A DNA stretch of 63,552 bases, filler included, from Conidiobolus incongruus B7586 (taxonomy: Eukaryota): the NCBI GenBank assembly GCA_000697335.1. It is 17 parts of 17 records of this genome, joined end to end, with 100 filler letters (N's around TTAATTAATTAA, not from the genome) between each part and the next. Parts side by side here need not be neighbours in the genome. Positions count along the whole stretch, not along the records: positions 49,118 to 57,261 come from JNEM01003892.1; positions 57,362 to 58,446 come from JNEM01003895.1; positions 58,547 to 62,411 come from JNEM01003897.1; positions 62,512 to 63,552 come from JNEM01003898.1; 13 more parts are not named here. One strand, written 5' to 3'. Shown in pieces: positions 54,600 to 63,552 of this stretch. The first letter of the stretch is position 1; every line of letters begins with the position of its first letter. Both the position numbers and the translations under genes were made by a program. The notes beneath the pieces are model-generated. The model was not told the origin of the DNA. It ran no database searches and worked only from the letters and a program-made list of their open reading frames with translations.

Positions 54600-54950
54600 A
54601 CCAATTAAATAGTTTTAATAATACAATGGCTCTACTGATTACTAGTAGAATGTTAATAATTAGGTAGTAAGCAGCCTGCTAATAGCTTATTTGACAGTTC
54701 GGGTTAAGTTGTTTTATTAAGGGTTCATGGGCTTCACATTAGGCCAGAGATAATGATGAAAACGCATCCCGAATATGGTTCTTTTATAGATGATTCGTAA
54801 GCCATAGATGATATAAAAATGTTTCTTAAATCTCCTGGAAAATGAGTCCTTGAGGTGGTATGATGAATATTCTGGGATTATATCTTCATAAGATAATATA
54901 AGTTATTAAATGGAGTTGATCAGGCGGATTATGATCTAGGTAATCAAAAT
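54600..54950 (-). pseudogene. Decayed coding remnant, paralogous to 58930-59350
   Basis: Shares GATTACTAGTAGAA, ATGGGCTTCA, CAGAGATAATGA and AATGAG.CCTTGA with the 58.9-59.3 kb island. The minus-strand reading RIIYKRTIFGMRFHHYLWPNVKPM aligns with QIIYNRTIAGIY*LHYL*SCMKPI. Confidence 0.5.
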
Positions 54951-57361
54951 TTTAATCTCAATCTGAATAAGTCACTGAAAATATACTATAAACTAGTGTT
55001 TTTAACATAATAGAAAAGTTTCAAAAAGTTGCAAATATGATAATATTGAATAAAGAAATTAATAATCTTATAATGTAATAATAACTTAGAATATATGTTG
55101 AATTAATTTTAAATAATTTATTTCACTTATTATTAAGATTTCAATTTATCAAATTGAATTGAAAATAACTATATCAGAAAATAGCAAAGTAAAAACTTTA
55201 TTTGTGATAATGATTTTTGTCAATATAGATAATCTGTCTATATTATTAATTTAATTTTTGAAATATTTCTTTTTACAAAATCCATGAAAAGTGTGATATC
55301 ATTTTAACTTTTGAGAATTAAATTATTAAATAAATTTGGAATTAATTAAAATTTAAAAAATAATTATAAAAGCATAATATAATTTATAATAAATCATGCT
55401 CAACAATATTCCAAAATAATCTCCAATAACTTTGCATAATTAAATTAAAAGTCTGGAAATACCTAAATGTTCCTTATTTGTTAAATGAAAGAATAGCATA
55501 AATATGGAAAAATTAGTTTATTTTTAATACAATAATTATATTGTGTATCTATGTTAAAATAGTATGATTATGTTCATGGATTAGTCAATAAGCATTTATA
55601 TATCTCAGAACATAATAGCGTATTAAGTGATTTAATACAATATATAAATTCATTGGAAGAATTAGCTTAATTATTGCAATACAAATATATATTTAACAAG
55701 TTTATAAATTATTCAAATGATTAATCTTCTGTAGTAAATTTGATATTTGATTTATATAAATCGGCGATATTGGCATTTGTTTGAAAATAATCTTAATATT
55801 TCGCAATTGGTTTATCGATTTACAAATCTATTAACAGTAACAGAAAACTGTTTTTATTTTAAAAGTTTATAATACTAATTTAATATCTAATCAATTGCAT
55901 AATTAATATATTTGAACTTACTAAATTTGACATTATTCATCTCAATTTATTTAAATCATTAATAACTTTGTAATTAGATTAGATCAGATTTATTAGAAAA
56001 TGACCAATCAATACAAGTTCAGGTCTGGAAAAAAAGCTTGTTTATGCGTGATATGACCTTGGCACTGTTACTGTTAAAGATATTATATGACTTTTTAAAT
56101 ATAAATTTGAGATCAAATATAATTTAAATGATGTATAAAAATTATTACTGTTTATTGAAATTTATAAAAAATCTAATAAATACATATTTAAAAAGATAAA
56201 ATAAATTGTTTTTAACTATTAGAAATTTGAAAATATTTGAAATTCCATGCATCGATAAATTTGTCTTTATTTTCATTAACTAATAAGTTAATTGGAATCA
56301 AAATATATTTCAATATTCATATAAAAAAGTTTATAGTATATTTTATCTGTTAAAGGAGAGAGCAAATTAATGATTATATATTTAAATGAAGTTAGTTGAA
56401 GGATCAATAAATAACTACCTGATAGAAAAGTAACCTTTAATAGCTCAAAATATGCTTAAACCAAGTAAAAAGTGATAAAAGATCTAATAGCTTTGAGTGT
56501 GGATTTAACAAATTTGATCTAATGTTAGATTTGATATAAATCTTTAGCATATTCAAATTAAAATATTGAGATTATATTAAATATATATCTCATTTTTTCA
56601 TTATCATCAAAATTATATAACCAGATATGCTATATTATATTAACAAAATAAATCATGATTTTAAGAGTATTTGAGAATTTCTATTATTGAATAATATTGT
56701 AAATGACTTCTTTAATTGAATTAATTTTTAATTCAATAAATAGCTGATTTATTATTATATAAAATCTACTACAAAGAAATAAATATAATTTGTAATAGTA
56801 TTAAAACATATTGGCCTTGGTTTTAGGCTCTAAATTTCTAACTTTAATATTTTAAATCTGATCAATAAACTAACAAATTTTGCTTATATTTATTTAATTA
56901 ATAATTATTTAAATTCTTGAAAAAAGGATAATTTTAATAAATTATAATTAAATATTGATGATTTAAAGTATTTTAATATTATTTTTTTAATTTTTATATT
57001 AAAAATTTATTTATAAAAACTTTAATATAATTTCCATATTAGGTATATTAGGATAAGAAATAAATTAAAGGTAAATTGAAGTTAAAATTGAAAATTATAA
57101 AAAATAAATCGGTTGGAATATAATAATATAAAAAATTTACCCTTAATAAAATGATCTTAAAATTAATTTTTCAAATTAGTTATTAAATAAAATATAAATA
57201 TCATTATATTTTGAATTTAATTTTAAGATATTTATTAATTTAAAATAAAACTAGATATTATNNNNNNNNNNNNNNNNNNNNNNNNNNNNNNNNNNNNNNN
57301 NNNNNTTAATTAATTAANNNNNNNNNNNNNNNNNNNNNNNNNNNNNNNNNNNNNNNNNNNN

Positions 57362-58446
57362 ATTTTACTTAAATTAAATAATAATCATCAATAGTTTTTT
57401 ATTTTAATATTAATAAAATTAAAACATAAACCCTGAAAAATTATTTAAAATTATTTAAAAAAGTTACTTTTGATAATAAAATATTATCTAAAGTAATAGT
57501 TTATTATTAGATAAATCATTTTAAGGCTAAAAAAGAAAATATCTAAAATCTTTTAAAATTTAAAAAAATAATTTCAATAATCATTCTTTTAATTATTAAT
57601 AGAGTAAAAAAATATATTATAAAGCATCCTTTTATTTCAATTAAAAAATTATCGAGATAATTTAATATTAGTCATATAACTATTTTATTTATATTATATT
57701 TCAAAATTAAATTAATTAATAAAAATATAAAATAAATATTTTATTAATTAACTAAAACTTAAAAAAAAGCTAGAATATCTATTATTAAACAAAACTTACT
57801 AAGGTAAAGCTAAAAACCAAGGTTTTTAAAATAAATCATTATAATTGATAAATTTTAGATCTTTTTATATAATCCTTAATTAAAATATAAATCAAATTAC
57901 TAATTAAGCTAAATCAACCTTTATTATAAATTTTTTTAAATAAATATTAAAATATTAAATAAATGTTAATTATTAAAGTTGATTATAATAGTATTTTCTA
58001 TTTTTATTTAATTTCCACAAGAAAATTAAGTAATATCTAATTTTATATTACTTTTCTAAATAAAATTATTTGTAATTAATATTTTTAATATTATTTATAA
58101 AAACCTATTATTTTCATAATAGTTATAAAATATATAAATTAAAAGGTATAAAAAACTTTCTAATTAAAAAACTAGCAAGAATTATTATATCTAATATATT
58201 CCCTTGATTGTAACTTATATGATTATAATTATTTTGGGTAATTAAAAAACTTGCTTATAGGAAAGAAATTTTTTGCAAACAATTTAATTAATTGATGAAA
58301 TATCAAATTTTAGTTTTTAATAAAAAGAATTATTCTTTAAAATATTAGAACTTTACCAAAAATATAACAAAAAGTTATAAAAAATAAAGGATATTATTAT
58401 TAATTTTATATTATATATTTATAGTTATATATTATATAATAAAATA
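57362..58446 (+). mobile_element. mariner-family relic in the opposite orientation
   Basis: AAACAAAACTTACTAA, AAACCAAGG, ATTATAATTGATAAATTTTAGATC and TATATTCCCTTGATTGTAACTTATATGATTATAAT are reverse complements of the 24 kb copy. Confidence 0.75.
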
Positions 58447-58929
58447 NNNNNNNNNNNNNNNNNNNNNNNNNNNNNNNNNNNNNNNNNNNNTTAATTAATT
58501 AANNNNNNNNNNNNNNNNNNNNNNNNNNNNNNNNNNNNNNNNNNNNTTTTTAAATAAATTAAATAATTTTATAATATTTTATATTTTAGTCTTTTATAAA
58601 ATAAATTATATTTTGAATATTAAACGTTTGATATAAATAAAGAAATATACTATTTATAATCAAGAGAATAATTATTTTATTAAATATATTTATTTATATA
58701 AATTAAATATAAAGACCATGATTTATATTCAATTTCAAATAAGTTTTGTTAATATAAAATCCAAAGCAACATTAAATTTTTAATTAAAAAATTTTTATTT
58801 AAGAATTATTATTTTGATTATGATTTTAAGAATAAATTATTTATTTTAATTATTATGTTAATTATTTTTTAATTTAATATATTAATTAGTTTCATTAAAT
58901 AGTTGTTTACTTTATACATTGTTTAATAA

Positions 58930-59350
58930 ATCCAAATATAGATCAGTTATTTATAATGTCATAGTTCTTCCGATTACTAGTAGAACTTTGATGATAGGGA
59001 AAGGAGCAGCTTGTTTGTGGTCTATTTGGTACCTTGAGTTAAGATTTTTGATTAAGGTTTATTAAGGATTTAATGGGCTTCATACAGGATCAGAGATAAT
59101 GAAGTCAATATATACCGGCAATAGTTCTGTTATAGATTATTTGTCGCCAGTAGGTAATGTGATAAATTGTATTAGTTAGAACTTCAGAAGAATGAGACCT
59201 TGAAATGGTGTAATTGGTATTTAGGGGTTATATTTCTATAAGGTAAAGATTGTCAGATGATTTTAGGCAGGCAGGTTACTTTGTAATTAACCACAATAGT
59301 ATCAATAGAGGAAAAATAGTAGAAAAAACTTTTAGTTATTTTATTATCAT
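58930..59350 (-). pseudogene. Decayed coding remnant, paralogous to 54600-54950
   Basis: See the partner copy. Many stops; family not recognised. Confidence 0.5.
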
Positions 59351-59555
59351 TCTCAAATTTGTAATAAATTCTTCAAAGTATGCCAAAAATTAAGTGAATT
59401 TAATATTTTTGGGAATTGCAATGATTTATTTCAAATAAATATGTTTCCTTAAATATATAATTTAATATATAACAAATTGATTATAATATTAAGATTATCA
59501 ATAAAATCAAACAATAATTGAAATAAAGTAAAAAATGAAGTACAAACAGTATAGA

Positions 59556-59628
59556 ATAAAAAAAGGAGTATGAATCTCTGAGTCTCTCCTATGCTAAGTG
59601 AGAGCTCTGCCATTTAAGCTAATTCTCT
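59556..59628 (-). pseudogene. tRNA-Ala(AGC) pseudogene
   Basis: The minus strand AGAGAATTAGCTTAAATGGCAGAGCTCTCACTTAGCATAGGAGAG retains the Ala-type 5' half and the TTAGCAT anticodon loop. The T arm and 3' acceptor strand are decayed. Confidence 0.7.
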
Positions 59629-60108
59629 ATACCATTGATCAATACTTTATTCGATGTCACATTATATTATCAATTATAATATGAGTTTCTTATTATCGTT
59701 CTCAATAAACTTGTATTTCAATAATATTCTTAATTTCTAATTGTATTAAAGGTAATCTTTTTCTATAACTTGGACTAATCTATATAGAATTGAACTTCTC
59801 AACAGAGTTTGAATCATCAAAATAATTAATTTTTCATAATATGATAAATAATAAAACTTTTGAAATTGAATTTATTACGAAAGATAATATTTAAAATTTT
59901 AATTAAAATTAAATAATAATGATGTAAAATTGTAATATGTTATAATTAAGATTAATTTTATAATATTTTTCTTTTATAATTTAAAATATTATTATTAATT
60001 TTTTTTCTAAAAGAGTAAATTCATTAAGGGATATATTTCAATTATTCTCTGTTTATTTTAATTATCAATTAAATACAAATTATTAAATTTTTTATCTTCT
60101 AAAGAATT

Positions 60109-60884
60109 TTACCATATATTAACCCTATGATATTTCAATTAGGTAATTTTGTCTAGAATATCGTCCTTGGCTCTATATCAAAATTAGTTTCATTCTGTAT
60201 ATCTATTAAATTAAATTTATTTGATTTAATTTTTTCGAAGGTATATTACAGAAAGTTTGAGGGTCCTACCTCTTACACAGTTCTCTGACTGTACTAACAT
60301 CTAGAAATACTAACTAAGCATGCAATCACAAATCTGATCCAACGATTATCTATCACTATGTTGCAACGAATTATGAAATTTTGTAAAAACTGACCTATGT
60401 ATAATTTATCAACACGTACGGAATTCACTGCAATTCTTAGTGATTCATTCAATCTGGAATATGATTGGACAAAGTTTAGTAATGGTTGGTCAGATTTTAG
60501 GGTAGTCAAGTTGGATTGGCGTACTTTTTGCTTGAGACCTAACTAATGTAGGAACATTAATAATTATATAAGCATAATGGGGGATGAGAGGTACTTCAAA
60601 ATGGAGTTGAATGCACCAATAATTCATATTATTAAAGACGGAATAGGGTTGATGAATGAATGGTCCTAAAGTGTATAAGCAATATTAATTTCATTTTTTA
60701 TAAATTGTATGATAATCAGATCACTGGTAATATTTAAATCCTCAAGTTTAAATGTTTCAGCTATTTCAATAATTTATAATCTTTGGGGCGTTGAGACATG
60801 TAATCTATATATATGTTATTAGAAAGTTTTGATGGTTGGGGGTATTGATAATTCGCAACCAATCCAACGTATTGGAAGATTCAT
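60109..60884 (-). pseudogene. REX2: Oligoribonuclease (Orn/REX2, DEDDh exonuclease) intron-containing pseudogene
   Basis: Ordered motif remnants: MNLPIRWIGCE|ITCLN (WIDCEMTGL), IIEIA, IHQPYSVFNNMNYWCIQLH, GLKQKVRQS, IAVNSVRVDK (LAGNSVHxD), DVSTVRELCKR*DP (DVSTxKELxRRWxP) and YRAKDDILDKIT*LKYHR (HRALDDIxESIxELKYYR). These are separated by ~50-nt intron remnants. The catalytic D->G and H->Y changes, stops and frameshifts mark it as dead. Confidence 0.85.
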
Positions 60885-61105
60885 TTCTTTTTAACCAATT
60901 TTTTGATCTTTCTTTTGAAATTAATATTATTTTAAATTTCAAGAATTTGTGTCATCAATTCAAAACTTTTTTTCTAATAAGATTGAATTCTGGTTAACAA
61001 AAAAATCAAAATTCCCATAATATTATTAAAATAAACATTATAATATAAAATTTGAATTAAATCCAAGTCATTTAATTTACCACCAAGAATTAATTCTGAA
61101 ATATT

Positions 61106-61836
61106 ATGAAATACCAAATCGAATTTAATCCCTATAAAAAATTAATTGTCCATAGTTTAAAATATTACCAAACCTCTGTTCTGGGCTTTATAACTGGTAA
61201 CATTTCCAATGACATTGTCCAAATCACGGATTATTTGCCAATTTGTCACAATTGGACTTCGCTTAAACCCTTAATTGAAATAGCTTTAAACCAAGTAAAT
61301 ATTTTTTATAAACTATCAATTAATCATTAACTTTAAAACTGATTTAGATAGACATCTTTTTGGAGCAATTTAAACCTAATGACAAAATTATTGGAGTATT
61401 CTATGCTAGTGAAATAGCCCTTGGAGAAATAGATTTACCAGAATTTTTAAAATTATTGGTTGATAAAATTGGAACCAATTTGGGTCATAAGGGAATATTA
61501 TTAAGTGTAAGATTTTGCTGTGATTTGATGATTTAATATTAATATTAGTATTAAGATCGATAATTCTAAATTAAATATGGTTAATAAGGGATTGATAATT
61601 AATGTAAATTTATTATTTAAATCTAATGTTCAATATTAACATTAATTTAGGCTTATCAGTTAACTAAAGACCAATTTGAACCCATCACTAACGATTTGGC
61701 ATGGACAATAACCGATCAAGAATTTAAACAATTTGGGCAATTGCGACAGATGATGGATGATGAAGACTTGAATATTGTAGACTTTGAAGATCATCTCAAT
61801 GATCCGAAAATGAATTGGTTAGAACAAAGTATTTAA
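61106..61836 (+). CDS. EMC8: ER membrane protein complex subunit 8/9 (UPF0172, MPN-like); exons 61106-61294, 61348-61506, 61556-61603, 61651-61836; 193 aa
   Basis: Motifs YKKLIVHSLKY, VLGFITG, DYLPICH, IEIALNQID, IIGVFYASE and IVDFEDHLNDPKMNW. Three phase-0 GT-AG introns of 53, 49 and 47 nt give one open frame ending in TAA. Confidence 0.92.
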
Positions 61837-62511
61837 TATAGTTTTATAGTGACAATACTTTAAATAAGTAGTAAAAGATTCAATTCATATTAATCAATTT
61901 ATTGTGATTATTGGATAAAAATTTAATTTAAATATCTTTAGTTCAATTTATAATGTATTACTATTATTATTGTTCCAATCATAAGGATATAATTGATTTG
62001 AATTCAATCAAACTATATTAATTTAACTATCATTCTAATATAAAATTACTATTAAATTAGTATTTGATTATTTTGAATATTTCTTTAATTTCTGATATAT
62101 TTATATTTTTTATTTTATTATGAAAACTCAATCAGTTAATAAAAATAGATATTTTAAATTTTATTTAATATATTTATAAATATTTTCACTTATATTTTTA
62201 ATATAATATTATTAATAAATTATCACAATAAAATCAACAAAAACTTTTAATTATATTTAATCCAAAATTATATAATATTGTAATAATTCAATAGTAATAA
62301 TTTTTTTATATAATATTGCCATTTAATCAAATTCATTTATGATCCTGTTTTAATATCCATAATTTTTGATTTATTTAATTAAATTCAATGGTTAATTAAT
62401 ATCTTATTTAANNNNNNNNNNNNNNNNNNNNNNNNNNNNNNNNNNNNNNNNNNNNTTAATTAATTAANNNNNNNNNNNNNNNNNNNNNNNNNNNNNNNNN
62501 NNNNNNNNNNN

Positions 62512-63552
62512 TATATAGGGTTTTGAGAATAATTTTAAAAATCACCTAAATCTAAACTTAAAAATTATCAAATTATAGATAATTTTAATATATAATATAT
62601 ATATAGATTAATTAATATAAATAACTATTATATCATTATAAAAATTCAATACTAATTATTAGATTATAAAAATATAATTGATTTTAATATTATTATATAT
62701 AATTTATATTAGAATAGATCTTATTTATATTTTCAGATATAATATCTTTAACTAAGAAAGTTTTTATATAAAACTAAATAGTTTAAATTTATTATTTAAG
62801 TTAAATGAACACTAACTATAAAAAGGTTTAATCTTAAAAAATAAAATTATATCTCAATTTAAAATATAAAAAATTTCAAATATAATAAAAAATTGCTTGA
62901 TGATATTTATGTTATTATAATCCCGATATATATTAATAAGTTAGATATATTTTAAGGATAAATATTATCTTTAGATTTAAATTACTTTATAAGATTGATA
63001 AGGAAATTAATAATAGGATTTATTAAAATATTTTAAATATAAAATCAAAAAATAAAAAAATAATATCAATCAAACAATTTATATATTATTTCGCAATAAG
63101 CTAATATCCCAGATTATTTTATAATTATTAATATATAAACACCTTAAAATTAACAAAATAACTATCATATAATAACCTCCATAATTATATAATTTTTACT
63201 TAAGTATTTTTAAAATAAATTTATAAAAAATTAAATTTCCCTTTGATAAATATTTAAATCAAATTTAAAGAAGCTTAAAATAAAATGAATTTTAATTTAT
63301 TTTTGAATCTAAATAATTATATAATTTATAAATTTAAAAAAGTTAGAAAAATATTTGAATAATATATTAGATATTAATTTGTTTAAGAATATTGAAGCTT
63401 ATAAAATTATAATTTGAATAAATTTTTAATTTTATTATATGGATCGATAATAAAATAATTTTGACTTTATAAAATATATTTTAAATGAAAAATATATATT
63501 AAACAAAGTTTTTAATATAAATCCATTTAATTAAAAAATGATCAAGATTATA
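62512..63552 (+). mobile_element. Highly eroded Tc1-family relic
   Basis: Collinear with other copies (AAAATCACCTAAATCTAAACTTAA, TTTAACTAAGAAAG, TTTAAGGATAAATATTATCTTTAG, AAAAAGTTAGAAAAA). Confidence 0.65.

Noticed and set aside
60294..60509. 71-aa stand-alone ORF
   Set aside because: It is an internal exon fragment of the REX2 pseudogene.

Overview
This is a very AT-rich eukaryotic window, almost certainly fungal. It is made of 17 contig pieces joined by 16 artificial 100-bp N44-TTAATTAATTAA-N44 spacers. The Zn2Cys6 transcription factor indicates a fungus. The ~50-nt GT-AG introns, an RbfA homologue and an H4 reading '[10 protein letters not shown]' suggest a non-Pezizomycotina, possibly early-diverging lineage; this is inference only. 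Intact genes: a secreted DPBB/RlpA-like protein, a 183-aa metallothionein-like protein with 43 Cys, a tubby/LURP-like protein, two identical head-to-head histone H4 genes, a Gal4-type transcription factor, a 4-exon EMC8/9 gene, tRNA-Phe and tRNA-Gly. Much of the apparently empty AT-rich DNA decodes as relics of two cut-and-paste transposon families, a Tc1 DD34E family and a mariner DD34D family, some nested in each other. Their catalytic motifs become readable once CpA->TpA / TpG->TpA changes are reversed, which is a RIP-like hypermutation signature. Several decayed host genes missed by the ORF track are also present: RbfA-like, oligoribonuclease REX2/Orn, thioredoxin, F-box-type genes, tRNA-Ala and a second metallothionein. 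In contrast, closely linked host duplicates (the H4 pair and the 5' part of the metallothionein pair) are sequence-identical rather than mutated.
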